Source of the DNA: Candidatus Omnitrophota bacterium
GTDB taxonomy: Bacteria; Omnitrophota; Gorgyraeia; Duberdicusellales; 4484-171
Assembly (NCBI GenBank): GCA_018826075.1
Contig: JAHKAJ010000024.1
Location: forward strand, 145,694 to 209,693
Direction: 5' to 3'
DNA length: 64,000 nucleotides
The first letter of the stretch is position 1, and the number at the start of each line of letters is the position of its first letter. The position numbers were made by a program, and so were the translations under genes. The notes beneath the pieces are model-generated. The model searched no databases and was not told the DNA's origin. It saw only the letters and a list, made by a program, of their open reading frames with translations. This document shows, piece by piece, positions 27,178 to 36,990 of this stretch.

Positions 27178-28269
27178 TTAAAGCAACTCCTTTATCCTGT
27201 GGGCAACTGCCAAAGCAGTTTCCTTGGTTCCCACGGCAGTCGGATCATCACGATGCGGCTTTAGATCATAGGTGACATCCTTGCCTTCGCCAACCACATC
27301 GGAAACCGCTCGGGTCAAGATCTCGGCTTTTTTAGTTTCGCCCAGATAATCAAGCATCAGGGCAGCTGACAAGATCGTGGCCATCGGGTTGACTTTATTT
27401 TTACCGGTATATTTAGGAGCGCTTCCGTGAGTCGGTTCGAAAACCGCTATTTTTTCACCGATATTTGCTCCGGCAGCTAGACCTAAACCGCCGATCAAAC
27501 CAGCTCCTAAATCCGACATTATATCGCCGTAAAGATTGGGCAGCACTAAAATGTCAAAATTTTTAGGAACCCGGACTAACTGCATCGAAAGATTGTCGAC
27601 TATTACATCATTGTAGTCGAGCTTTCCCTTGAATTTTTCAGCCACTTCATAAAAAGTATCCAAAAACAGGCCGTCGGTATATTTCATGATATTGGCTTTA
27701 TGCACACAAGTCACTTTTTTTCGCTTATGCTTTACGGCGTAATTCAAGGCAAACTCGGCGATCCTTCGTGAACCAAAAGCTGATATCGGTTTTATTGAGA
27801 TCGCGCTGTCCGGGCGCACTTTTCTATCAGACTGCGAATTTATTGTTTTGATCACCTCGGCAGCTTCCTTGCTTTGCGCGGCAAATTCAACTCCGGCGTA
27901 CAGATCCTCGGTATTCTCTCTCATGATTATAATATCGACATCCTTATGCAGGGCCTGCGGATTTTGAAGAGATTTAACCGGCCTAAGACAGACATAGAGG
28001 TCAAAATGCTGCCGGATAGCCACATTTACCGAACGAAATCCCTTGCCGACCGGAGTAGTAATCGGGCCTTTAAGAGCAACTTTGTTTCTTTCGATTGAAG
28101 CTAAAGTGTCTTCTGGAAGCAACTGGCCGTATTTGTTTAAAGCGCACTCACCGGCATCTTTCTTTTCCCAATCAATAGCTACCCCCAAAGCATCAATACA
28201 GATCAAAGCAGCATCAGTCACCTCTGGGCCAATACCATCGCCAGGGATCAAAGTAACTTTATAACTCAT
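27178..28269 (-). CDS. icd: Isocitrate/isopropylmalate dehydrogenase family, IDH-like
   Basis: IPGDGIGPEV, KGPITTPVGKGFRSVNVAIRQ, RENTEDLY, VHKANIMK, PNLYGDIMSD, EPTHGSAP. Confidence 0.75.
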   Translation of the reverse strand: MSYKVTLIPGDGIGPEVTDAALICIDALGVAIDWEKKDAGECALNKYGQLLPEDTLASIERNKVALKGPITTPVGKGFRSVNVAIRQHFDLYVCLRPVKSLQNPQALHKDVDIIIMRENTEDLYAGVEFAAQSKEAAEVIKTINSQSDRKVRPDSAISIKPISAFGSRRIAEFALNYAVKHKRKKVTCVHKANIMKYTDGLFLDTFYEVAEKFKGKLDYNDVIVDNLSMQLVRVPKNFDILVLPNLYGDIMSDLGAGLIGGLGLAAGANIGEKIAVFEPTHGSAPKYTGKNKVNPMATILSAALMLDYLGETKKAEILTRAVSDVVGEGKDVTYDLKPHRDDPTAVGTKETALAVAHRIKELL

Positions 28270-28762
28270 CAAATCCTTTGTGTTTTTTGAGATAGTTCAA
28301 AATACCTCCGCAACCAACCAGTTCTTTGCGAAAATTATCCCAGGGGTTAAACTCGACCTGGGTACTGTTAGTCGTATCGGTGATCCGGCCTTTATCAAAA
28401 TCAATAGTTATCCGGTCTGCTTCCTGCAAGTTATCAGTATTCGCCTCAACCAGGGATAAGCCGATATTAAAGGCATTGCGGTAAAAAATCCGGGCAAAAC
28501 TTTTAGCAACCACACAAACGATACCGGCCTCTTTTATCACCCAGGGAGCCTGTTCCCGCGAAGAACCCATGCCAAAATTGGCTCCGGCCGCGATTATTGA
28601 TTCCCCGGGAGTGAGTTCCTTAAAAAAACCCGGACGAATATCCTCAAATAGATATTCAGCCAGTTTCTTCATGTCGGTAATCGCGAATTTGTAACGCCCG
28701 GAGATTATCCAGTCGGTATTAATATTGTCGCTAAACTTAAAAACTTTACCCTCAATAATCAC
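28259..28762 (-). CDS. leuD: Isopropylmalate/homoaconitate dehydratase-family small subunit
   Basis: DNINTDWII, NFGMGSSREQAP, AKSFARIFYRN. GTG at 28762 has a GAGG SD; the TTG at 28789 lies inside the REP. Confidence 0.8.
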   Translation of the reverse strand: MIIEGKVFKFSDNINTDWIISGRYKFAITDMKKLAEYLFEDIRPGFFKELTPGESIIAAGANFGMGSSREQAPWVIKEAGIVCVVAKSFARIFYRNAFNIGLSLVEANTDNLQEADRITIDFDKGRITDTTNSTQVEFNPWDNFRKELVGCGGILNYLKKHKGFDEL

Positions 28763-28774
28763 TAATACCTCGTA

Positions 28775-28802
28775 TTTCGGGCGAGGCAAGCCTCGCCCCT
28801 AC
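28775..28802. repeat. GTAG-type REP-like palindrome, copy 2 (pilT-leuD spacer)
   Basis: Minus strand GTAGGGGCG-AGGCTTGCCT-CGCCCGAAA. Confidence 0.85.
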
Positions 28803-28815
28803 AGTAACGTGTAAT

Positions 28816-29865
28816 TTAAAGGCTTTCAAACTCAGCCATATTCTTGACTTTACGTAAAGCAGTTTCCTTAGTGATAATTTTCTTTTTGTAGAGGCCTTTA
28901 AGGTATTTGTCCATGGTGTGCATGCCGTATTGGCCACCCATTTGAAGCAACGAAGGGATTTGGGCAATGTCATTTTCCCGGATAAGATTGCGAATACCCG
29001 GAGTAGAAACCATGACCTCAGTGGCCAAAACCCTTCCTTCGCCGTCAGCCCGGGGAAGCAGAACTTGGGATAAAACTCCCTGCAAGCATTCAGCCAGCTG
29101 AACAGTAACCTGACGCTGTTGATGCGGTGGAAAAACATCGATAATCCTTTGGACGGTTTGAGGAGCATCAGGAGTATGCAAAGTAGCTAAGACCAAATGC
29201 CCGGTTTCAGCGGCAGTAAGCGTGGTAGAAATAGTATCCAAGTCACGCATTTCTCCGACCACTATTACGTCCGGATCCTGACGCAGAATCCGCTTTAAGG
29301 CTTCGGGAAACGAATGGGTATCAGAATAAACTTCCCGCTGTTTGATGATGCTTTTTTTATTGGTGTAAATAAACTCGATAGGGTCTTCGATGCAAATAAC
29401 CATCTCTTCCCGCTCATTATTGATATAGTCGATCATTGAGGCTAAAGTGGTACTTTTTCCAGTTCCGGTCGGCCCGGTTACCAGGACTAAACCATTAGGC
29501 CGTTTAAGAAAATCATACACTACATCCGGCAGCCCCAAATCCTTAATTGAAGGGATAATCATCGGCACCCGGCGCAAAGCCGCTTCAACATTTCCTTTCT
29601 GGATATGGACATTCACCCGGAAACGGTCCATTTTCGGCAAAGCAAAGGAAAAATCCAATTCCCGGTCCCGTTCAAACATCGACTTTTGCTCATTGTTCAA
29701 CATGCTATAGACCAGGTCTTTGGCTTCTTCACGATTAAGCGACGGAAAATCAGTAATGCAAAGCTTTCCGTCTATACGTAAGATCGGAGGATTACTTACG
29801 GTAAGATGTAAATCGCTGGCTTTACTTTCCTGAGCCAATTTGAGAAGTGTATTTATATCGTTCAT
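28816..29865 (-). CDS. pilT: Type IV pilus retraction ATPase
   Basis: ASDLHL, GPTGTGKSTT, IEDPIE, RQDPDVIVVGEMRD, AETGHLVLATLHT, GIRNLIRE. Confidence 0.93.
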   Translation of the reverse strand: MNDINTLLKLAQESKASDLHLTVSNPPILRIDGKLCITDFPSLNREEAKDLVYSMLNNEQKSMFERDRELDFSFALPKMDRFRVNVHIQKGNVEAALRRVPMIIPSIKDLGLPDVVYDFLKRPNGLVLVTGPTGTGKSTTLASMIDYINNEREEMVICIEDPIEFIYTNKKSIIKQREVYSDTHSFPEALKRILRQDPDVIVVGEMRDLDTISTTLTAAETGHLVLATLHTPDAPQTVQRIIDVFPPHQQRQVTVQLAECLQGVLSQVLLPRADGEGRVLATEVMVSTPGIRNLIRENDIAQIPSLLQMGGQYGMHTMDKYLKGLYKKKIITKETALRKVKNMAEFESL

Positions 29866-31127
29866 CTTGAACCTCCTTTTATAAACTTTCGTGGATCAGT
29901 AATTTTTCCGGAAATCGCCGAAGCTACTACCGTAGCCGGTGAAGCTAAGTAAATAAAACTATTGGGATTGCCCATTCTTCCCTTAAAATTGCGGTTTGCC
30001 GTTGAGATAACCACTTCCTGATCAGCCGGAACTCCCTGGTGAGTACCCACGCAAGGCCCGCAGCCAGCCGGTAAAATAATCGCCCCGGATTCGATAAACA
30101 CCCGCAAAATCCCTTTCTTCAAAGCTGCTAAAAATATCCTCTGGGAAGCCGGTGCAACCAGTAGTTTTACTCCTGAGGCTACTTTATGCCCCTTGATGAT
30201 TTTAGCGGCGATCTCTAAATCCTCTAACCGGCCGTTGGTACAAGTACCCAGAAAAGCCTGGTCGATCTTGACCTTGCCCAGGCTTTCAGCGGTTGAGCCG
30301 TTATCAACACTATGCGGCTTAGCAACATAAGGTGACATTTTAGAAACATCAAACTCGATCACCTTTTCATACTTACAGTCCTTATCAGGATAGACGTCTT
30401 GATATTTTTTCAGGCCTAAACCCTTAAGATAACTGCCGACTTTTTTATCGGGAGCGATTATGCCGCACTTGGCCCCGAATTCAATAGTCATATTAGTGAC
30501 TGTCAAGCGGGCGTCGATCGACATTTTATTAATGGCTTCACCGGAAAATTCCACTGCCTTATAGGTAGCGCCGTTCGAACCCAGCTTATGAATAATATAC
30601 AGGATAACATCTTTACTGTAAACACCTTTAGGAAGTTTTCCCTTGACGATAATCTTTAAAGTTTGGGGGACTTTAAACCAATTCTTTCCAGTAGTCAGAG
30701 CTACCGCCAGATCGGTTGACCCCATGCCAAAAGCTGCCGCGCCCAAAGCTCCGGCGGTTGAAGTATGTGAATCAGCCCCCAGGATAAGGGCGCCGGGATA
30801 AACAAACCCCTCTTCGATCACCAGTTGATGCGAAATACCGCAGCCGACATCAAAAAATAGATTTTTGTTGGCTTTGGAAAAATTGCGCATTTTTGAATGG
30901 ACCTGTGATACCCCTAAGCTGGGTGAAGGGCTGGAATGGTCGATAAACATCGCATATTTTTTAGGCCGGATGACCGGTCGTTGAAACTTAGTGATACTGT
31001 CGACGACTAAAGCGCTGGTGCCGTCCTGAGAAAAACAAAAATCCAACCGGCAAATACCGACATCGCCGCTGGCCAGCGAACGGCCGGCGTGCCGGGTAAG
31101 TATTTTTTCAATTATGGTTTTAGCCAT
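29862..31127 (-). CDS. leuC: Isopropylmalate/homoaconitate dehydratase-family large subunit
   Basis: IDH, GISHQ, GADSHT, GTCTNGRLEDL, GCGPCVG, TANRNFKGRMG, YLASP. Confidence 0.82.
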   Translation of the reverse strand: MAKTIIEKILTRHAGRSLASGDVGICRLDFCFSQDGTSALVVDSITKFQRPVIRPKKYAMFIDHSSPSPSLGVSQVHSKMRNFSKANKNLFFDVGCGISHQLVIEEGFVYPGALILGADSHTSTAGALGAAAFGMGSTDLAVALTTGKNWFKVPQTLKIIVKGKLPKGVYSKDVILYIIHKLGSNGATYKAVEFSGEAINKMSIDARLTVTNMTIEFGAKCGIIAPDKKVGSYLKGLGLKKYQDVYPDKDCKYEKVIEFDVSKMSPYVAKPHSVDNGSTAESLGKVKIDQAFLGTCTNGRLEDLEIAAKIIKGHKVASGVKLLVAPASQRIFLAALKKGILRVFIESGAIILPAGCGPCVGTHQGVPADQEVVISTANRNFKGRMGNPNSFIYLASPATVVASAISGKITDPRKFIKGGSR

Positions 31128-32288
31128 TTACTTGCCAAGCTCAGTTAAAAAAACCTTTATCCGTTCTATACCTTTACTGATCTGTTGATTGCTGGTGGCG
31201 AAACTCATCCTCACAAAACCGGAGATACCGAAAGAGTCGGCCGGGATGCAGGAAACTAAATGCTTCTCTAAAATTTGGGTGGCGAAATCAGAGGCATTAA
31301 GGCCGGTCGAGCTGATGTCACAAAAAAGATAAAACGTCCCCTGGGGTTTTATCGGATCGAGCTCCGGGCATTCCTTTAACCCCTTCCAGATGATATCGCG
31401 GCGCTCCTGAAATATTGCCTGCACTTTTTTCGGCCACTGCTGGTCCTTAAAAGCGCTAAAAGCGGCGTTCTGAGATATCGAACAAGCACAGGAAGTAGTA
31501 TGATCAATTATTTTGGAAGCTTGTTCAGAAACCTCATCAGGGGCCGATAAATATCCCAGCCGCCATCCGGTCATCGAAAAAGTTTTTGAAAAACCATTAA
31601 TGGTTATAGTCTTTTTGGCAGCATCGGCCAATGAAGCAAAACTGGTATGCTCAAGCGAATCATAAGATAATACTTCATAGATCTCGTCGCTGATAACAAA
31701 AATATCCCTATCCTTGACCACCTGATAGATCTCTTCCAACTCTTTTCGGGAAAAAGTAAGGCCGGTAGGATTATTAGGATAATTAAGAATCAAAACTTTA
31801 GTTTTAGCAGTTATTGCTTTGGCTAAGCTGGCGGGAGTGATTTTGAAATCGTCTTCTTTTAAGCCTTTAAGAAATTTAGGTTTTGCTCCGCAAAGCTGGA
31901 CCATTTCCGGATAACTTACCCAATAAGGCGAAGGGATAATCACTTCATCGCCGCTTTGAACCAGCGTAAGCAAAGCTACATAAATCGCATATTTTGCTCC
32001 GGAAGTAACGATGACGTTCTGGGCTTGGGCCGGAATATTATTTTCAGTCCGCAATTTAGCGGCAATAGCTTCCCGGAGAGCCGGTATTCCGCAGGAAGGA
32101 GTGTATTTGGTAAGGCCAGAGGCTAAGGCCTGGCGGGCCTGGTCTTTAATGAATTCCGGGGTGTCAAAATCCGGTTCCCCGGCGGCAAAATTTACCACAT
32201 CTTTACCTTCAGCTATAAGTTTTTTAGTTAAAGCGGTTATCTTTAAAGTAGCGGACTTATTTAAAGCTGTTACTTGAGGATTAATCAT
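31128..32288 (-). CDS. aspC: Aspartate aminotransferase (class I PLP)
   Basis: AGEPDFDTP, PYWVSY, NYPNNPTG, SDEIY, NGFSKTFSMTGWRLGY. Confidence 0.88.
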   Translation of the reverse strand: MINPQVTALNKSATLKITALTKKLIAEGKDVVNFAAGEPDFDTPEFIKDQARQALASGLTKYTPSCGIPALREAIAAKLRTENNIPAQAQNVIVTSGAKYAIYVALLTLVQSGDEVIIPSPYWVSYPEMVQLCGAKPKFLKGLKEDDFKITPASLAKAITAKTKVLILNYPNNPTGLTFSRKELEEIYQVVKDRDIFVISDEIYEVLSYDSLEHTSFASLADAAKKTITINGFSKTFSMTGWRLGYLSAPDEVSEQASKIIDHTTSCACSISQNAAFSAFKDQQWPKKVQAIFQERRDIIWKGLKECPELDPIKPQGTFYLFCDISSTGLNASDFATQILEKHLVSCIPADSFGISGFVRMSFATSNQQISKGIERIKVFLTELGK

Positions 32289-32316
32289 CTTAAATAATAC
32301 AGTAACGATTTAAGAT

Positions 32317-32829
32317 TTACTTCGAAGTATCGCGTTCTTTTTTGAAAATCTTGCGCACTCCGGAAATCAAGCCTTTCTTCGGCTGTTCGGTTTTCTTCTC
32401 CGGGGAAACCACGGCTGTGCTTTCAGCGGTTTTTGCCTTGGCCTGTTTAGTTTTAGAAGTTTTCTTTTTAGGCTCGAGTTTAGTCAACTCCAAAAGCGAA
32501 AGTGGAGCTCCATCGCCCTTGCGTACCGCAAGCTGGGCGATCCGGGTATAGCCTCCGGATATGGCCTTAAACCGCGGCGCAACTACTTCGAAAATCCGTT
32601 TAACCAATAAATGATCGCCTAATTTTTTATAAACCAGACGGCGGGAAGCCAAATCATTAGCCTTGGCTTTAGTGATCAGTTTATCAACTTCGGCGCGTAA
32701 ATATTTGGCCCGGGAAGTCGTAGTAATGATCCGTTCGTTAATAAACACGGCCCGCAGCAAGGATTTTATCAAAGCCAGCCTTTGGTTCCGGGAACGAGAA
32801 AATTTTTCGCTTTTTTTTAGGTGCCTCAT
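32317..32829 (-). CDS. rplQ: 50S ribosomal protein L17 with long C-terminal extension
   Basis: MRHLK, ERIITT..RAK, GGYTRI, RKGDGA. Confidence 0.96.
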   Translation of the reverse strand: MRHLKKSEKFSRSRNQRLALIKSLLRAVFINERIITTTSRAKYLRAEVDKLITKAKANDLASRRLVYKKLGDHLLVKRIFEVVAPRFKAISGGYTRIAQLAVRKGDGAPLSLLELTKLEPKKKTSKTKQAKAKTAESTAVVSPEKKTEQPKKGLISGVRKIFKKERDTSK

Positions 32830-33815
32830 TTTGAACCCGTAAGTTTATTCCGGTCGATCTTCATTCCGAAAGATATACCCATGGTTTTAAGTAAAGCCCC
32901 GACTTCATTAAGCGATTTTTTACCGAAATTACGATAGGAAAGTATTTCCGGTTCGGTCTTCTCCACCAAGTCAGCCAAGGTTTTGATATTAGCCTCTCTC
33001 AAGCAGTTAGCGCTGCGCACTGATAACTCCAGTTCGGAAACCGGAATTTTAAGCTTTTCATAAAGAGCCGCTTCTTCAGGGGTAAGTTCTTCAAAATCAT
33101 CCTCGGGAAGCTCTCCCAAAGTAAAGAAAAGCTCTAAATGCTTGCTCATTACTTTGGCAGCGTAAATCAAAGCTTCTTTGGGCTCAATACTGGCATTAGT
33201 AAATATATCCAGGATCAGCTTATCGTAATCAGTGCGTTTGCCGACCCGGGTATTCTCAACCTTAAAGGCCACTCGTTTAACCGGGGTAAAAATCGAATCT
33301 ATCGGTATCACCCCTAACGGCATGCCTTCACGTTTATTTATCTCTGCCGGAACAAATCCCCGGCCCCGTCCGACTTCCATTTCGATTTCCAGCTTGGACT
33401 TTTTTGAAGTCAAAGTGGCAATATGCAGATCTGGGTTAATCACCTCGATAGTCTCGTTAGTGACTACGTCTTTTGCGGTAACCTTCTTTTCACCTTCAGC
33501 TTTGATGTAGATTTTTTTGGGAGTGCGCGAGTACGACCGTAAAACCAGATTTTTAATGTTGAGGATGATTTCCGGTATGTCTTCAAAAACTCCCTCGATG
33601 CTTGAAAATTCATGAGCCACGCCTTCGATCTTTATCGAAGTAACTGCTGTGCCTTCTATTGAAGAAAGCAGGACCCGGCGAAGAGCATTGCCCAAGGTTA
33701 CACCGTAACCCCTTTCCAGAGGTTCAGCGATAATTTTTCCGTAAGTCGGACTGTAACTTTCTTGTTCGACTATTACTCGTTTTGGAAATTGGAAATCCCT
33801 CCAGGTTATCCCCAT
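32826..33815 (-). CDS. rpoA: RNA polymerase alpha
   Basis: EPLERGYGVTLGNALRRVLLSS, ELELSVRSANCL, NFGKKSL. Confidence 0.98.
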   Translation of the reverse strand: MGITWRDFQFPKRVIVEQESYSPTYGKIIAEPLERGYGVTLGNALRRVLLSSIEGTAVTSIKIEGVAHEFSSIEGVFEDIPEIILNIKNLVLRSYSRTPKKIYIKAEGEKKVTAKDVVTNETIEVINPDLHIATLTSKKSKLEIEMEVGRGRGFVPAEINKREGMPLGVIPIDSIFTPVKRVAFKVENTRVGKRTDYDKLILDIFTNASIEPKEALIYAAKVMSKHLELFFTLGELPEDDFEELTPEEAALYEKLKIPVSELELSVRSANCLREANIKTLADLVEKTEPEILSYRNFGKKSLNEVGALLKTMGISFGMKIDRNKLTGSK

Positions 33816-33833
33816 CTTTTTACCCCCTAAATT

Positions 33834-34466
33834 TTACTTTGAATACAATTCAACGATCAACTGTTCGTTGATCGAAACGGCTAGGTCTTCTTTTTCAGGA
33901 AGCCGCACGATCTTTATCGAAAGATTATCCTTGTCTACTTGAATCCAAACCGGGCTGCTGCGCTCTTTAGCGCTGATCTCGTGATTATCTCTAATGCCCT
34001 GTTTGATGCTGTCTTTGGCTTTTATCTCAATGGTCTCCCCTTCACGAACAATATAAGAAGGGATATCAGCTCGTTTTCCGCCGATAAATACAAAACCGTG
34101 CCGGACGATCTGCCGGGCCTGGTTACGCGAAAGAGCAAACAAGGAACGGAAAATAACATTATCGATCCGCCGCTCCAGAAGCTGGATCAAAACTCTTCCG
34201 GTAGCCCCTTTAGACTTACTGGCCAGGCGAAAAAATCGTGCGAACTGCCTCTCAAGCATACCGTAGATCTGCTTTACTTTTTGTTTTTCCCTTAACTGCA
34301 AAGCATAATAGCTTGATTTTGGTTTTCGCTGATTGTGGTGCATTCCCGGCGGAGTCGGCCGCTTAGCATACGAACACTTCTCGGTAATGCAGCGCGGGCC
34401 CTTTAAAAACAATTTCATATCCGCTCTTCGGCACAATCGGCACTTTGCTTCTAAATATCTTCCCAT
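33834..34466 (-). CDS. rpsD: 30S ribosomal protein S4
   Basis: CRLCRR, QLREKQKVK, LERRIDN, EQLIVELYSK. Confidence 0.98.
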   Translation of the reverse strand: MGRYLEAKCRLCRRADMKLFLKGPRCITEKCSYAKRPTPPGMHHNQRKPKSSYYALQLREKQKVKQIYGMLERQFARFFRLASKSKGATGRVLIQLLERRIDNVIFRSLFALSRNQARQIVRHGFVFIGGKRADIPSYIVREGETIEIKAKDSIKQGIRDNHEISAKERSSPVWIQVDKDNLSIKIVRLPEKEDLAVSINEQLIVELYSK

Positions 34467-34489
34467 CCTCTTATCTCCTTATGGTTATT

Positions 34490-34882
34490 CTAAACCCGGC
34501 GTTTTTTCTTAGGGCGGCAGCCGTTATGCGGCACCGGTGTAATATCTTTTATTCTTTTAACGCTTAGGCCGGCAGCCTGTAAAGACCGAATAGCTGATTC
34601 CCGGCCGGGACCAGGGCCTTTTACCAACACTTCCAGTTCACGCAACCCCATATCTCTGGCTTCCCGGGCAACCTGCATCGAAGCAACCTGGGCAGCATAA
34701 GGTGTAGATTTTTTTGCGCCCTTAAACCCGACTTTTCCGGCAGAACACCAGGCTAAAACGTTACCTTTCATATCGCTGATCGAAATTATGGTATTATTAA
34801 ATGTAGCTTTGATGTGTGCTACTCCGATAGTTGATACTAGCTGAAGTTTTTTCTTTTTCTCTTTACGTTTACTTTTTGCCAT
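34490..34882 (-). CDS. rpsK: 30S ribosomal protein S11
   Basis: [32 protein letters not shown]. Confidence 0.98.
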   Translation of the reverse strand: MAKSKRKEKKKKLQLVSTIGVAHIKATFNNTIISISDMKGNVLAWCSAGKVGFKGAKKSTPYAAQVASMQVAREARDMGLRELEVLVKGPGPGRESAIRSLQAAGLSVKRIKDITPVPHNGCRPKKKRRV

Positions 34883-34891
34883 TTATGCTCC

Positions 34892-35260
34892 TTAAGCTTT
34901 GATTCCGCCTACCCGAGGCCGCGGGCCCTTGCGGGTACGGGCATTACATTTTGTCCTCTGGCCGCGTACCGGTAATCCTTTTTTATGCCGCGAGCCTCGA
35001 TAAGAATTAATATCGATAAGCCGGCGGATATTCTGGGCGATTTCCCGGCGTAACTCACCCTCGATCCGATAATTAGCCTGGACATAAGTTGCGATCTGGG
35101 AAATCTCTTCATCGCTTAATTCCGAAGCCCGTTTTTCCGGATCTATCTTTACCTTATTCAAAATCTCCAGGGCTCTGACCGGGCCGATTCCGTAAACATA
35201 ACGCAAGGAAATCTTGATTTTTTTATTTTTCGGAATATCTACACCAAAAATTCTTGGCAT
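34892..35260 (-). CDS. rpsM: 30S ribosomal protein S13
   Basis: [24 protein letters not shown]. Confidence 0.98.
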   Translation of the reverse strand: MPRIFGVDIPKNKKIKISLRYVYGIGPVRALEILNKVKIDPEKRASELSDEEISQIATYVQANYRIEGELRREIAQNIRRLIDINSYRGSRHKKGLPVRGQRTKCNARTRKGPRPRVGGIKA

Positions 35261-35270
35261 TATACCTCCT

Positions 35271-35384
35271 CTATCCTTGGCGCTGTTTGTGCTTAGGGTT
35301 CTTACAAATAACCCTAACCACTCTTTTACGCCTGATTATTTTACACTTATCACAAATCTTCTTTATTGATGCTCTGACTTTCAT
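35271..35384 (-). CDS. rpmJ: 50S ribosomal protein L36 (not in ORF track)
   Basis: Hand translation [37 protein letters not shown], between infA and rpsM. Confidence 0.96.
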   Translation of the reverse strand: MKVRASIKKICDKCKIIRRKRVVRVICKNPKHKQRQG

Positions 35385-35395
35385 CTTAACTCCGC

Positions 35396-35614
35396 CTATT
35401 TGTGCCGGTAAGTGATCCGGCCGCGTGCCAAATCATAAGGAGAAAGTTCCACTTTTACCTTGTCGCCGGGAAGGATCCTGATGAAATGCATCCGCATTTT
35501 TCCCGAAACATGCGCCAAAACAATATGCCCGTTTTCAAGTTTAACCCGAAACATGGCATTAGGTAAAGTTTCAGCTATTTCTCCCTCGACCTCTATTAAA
35601 TCTTCTTTAGCCAT
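35396..35614 (-). CDS. infA: Translation initiation factor IF-1
   Basis: [33 protein letters not shown]. Confidence 0.98.
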   Translation of the reverse strand: MAKEDLIEVEGEIAETLPNAMFRVKLENGHIVLAHVSGKMRMHFIRILPGDKVKVELSPYDLARGRITYRHK

Positions 35615-35617
35615 AAT

Positions 35618-36364
35618 CTATTTCGTAAGTATCCAAGGCCCCCGGTCGGTTATCGCCACCGTATGTTCAAAATGAGCCGCTAAGGAATTATCTTCGGTCC
35701 TGGCTGTCCAGCCGTCGTCTAAAATTTCCACCTCGTAACTACCAGCTGAAACCATCGGTTCAACGGCAATTGCAAAACCGCTGGCTAATTTCGGGCCGGA
35801 ATTTTTCTCGCCGAAGTTAGGCACCTCCGGCGGAACATGTAAAGCCCGTCCAATCCCATGGCCGACGAAACGTCGGATAACCGAGAATCCGTTATCTTCA
35901 ACCGTTTTTTGCACGGCTGAACTCACATCGCCCAAATGATTTCCCGGTTTAAGCCGGCTGATACCGGCAACTAACGATTTCAAAGTAACCCGCGCTAATT
36001 TGCGCGCTAAAGGGCTGGCCTTACCAACCAGATAAGTACGGGCCGTGTCCACAAACAACCCTTTGTATTTTATGCCCAGGTCAATACTAACCAGGTCACC
36101 GTTTGAGATCTTTCGTCCGGAAGGTATACCGTGTATTACCTCTTCGTTGACCGAAACGCAAAGCGAAGCCGGATAGCCCATAAAACCTTTAAAGGCCGGC
36201 TCCATGCCCGGATATTTCTCGAGTTCTCGCTCAAAGAAAACCTCGATATCCTTAGTGGTCCGCCCGGGTCTGATAAAAAAACCTAAACTCTTAAGTATCT
36301 TCGAGGCGACTTTGCCGGATTTACGCATCAAAGTCATCTCCTCAAAAGTTAACGGTTCGTTCAT
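35618..36364 (-). CDS. map: Methionine aminopeptidase type I
   Basis: CVSVNEEVIHGIP, DLG, GHGIG, AVEPM, AHFEHT. Confidence 0.95.
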   Translation of the reverse strand: MNEPLTFEEMTLMRKSGKVASKILKSLGFFIRPGRTTKDIEVFFERELEKYPGMEPAFKGFMGYPASLCVSVNEEVIHGIPSGRKISNGDLVSIDLGIKYKGLFVDTARTYLVGKASPLARKLARVTLKSLVAGISRLKPGNHLGDVSSAVQKTVEDNGFSVIRRFVGHGIGRALHVPPEVPNFGEKNSGPKLASGFAIAVEPMVSAGSYEVEILDDGWTARTEDNSLAAHFEHTVAITDRGPWILTK

Positions 36365-36990
36365 CTCACTTCTAATTTTATCTTTTCAAAGACCTCATCC
36401 TTGTCAGCGTTGCCGTCAAGTTTAAAAAGCTTTCCTTGTTTCTGGTAAAAATCTATCAATTGAGCGCTTTCCTTCAAAAACACTTCCCAACGCCTGAGAA
36501 TAACCTCAGGGGTATCGTCCTTACGCTGGGTAAGATCGCCGCCGCAAAGATCACAAAAGCCTTCTTCCTTAGGCGGCATATTTTTCAAATGGTAATTGGC
36601 GCCGCAGGATTTACAAACTATTCTTTTAGAAAGACGCTCGATGACCGTATCCCGGTTAGCCTCAAGGTAGATAAACCGGTCAATGTCAATATTGTGTTTT
36701 TTTAAAATTTCAGCTAAAGTTTTAGCTTGGGTGAGATTGCGCGGATATCCATCAAGGATAAAACCGCCGGATTTAACATGACTTTCGATGACTCTGGCTA
36801 CCAGTTCATCAGATACCAGAAGCCCCTTCTCCATATACCCTTTGACCTCCTGGCCCAGCGGGCTATTTTCCTTGACTTCACTGCGTAATATATCCCCCAA
36901 AGATATTCGGATCAGATTAAATCTCTCGCTCAGGATTATCGCCTGAGTTCCTTTTCCTGACCCCGGGGCTCCGAATAAAACTAAATTCAT
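36361..36990 (-). CDS. adk: Adenylate kinase (Zn-binding LID)
   Basis: GAPGSGKGTQA, ILDGYPR, CKSC...CDLC, QRKDD. Confidence 0.97.
   Translation of the reverse strand: MNLVLFGAPGSGKGTQAIILSERFNLIRISLGDILRSEVKENSPLGQEVKGYMEKGLLVSDELVARVIESHVKSGGFILDGYPRNLTQAKTLAEILKKHNIDIDRFIYLEANRDTVIERLSKRIVCKSCGANYHLKNMPPKEEGFCDLCGGDLTQRKDDTPEVILRRWEVFLKESAQLIDFYQKQGKLFKLDGNADKDEVFEKIKLEVR

Noticed and set aside
32287-32316. AT-rich 9-bp inverted repeat covering the aspC start, and a 10-mer (TACAGTAACG) shared with the flank of REP copy 2
   Set aside because: Weak A/T stem with no U tract, so not a terminator; one shared 10-mer is within chance expectation.
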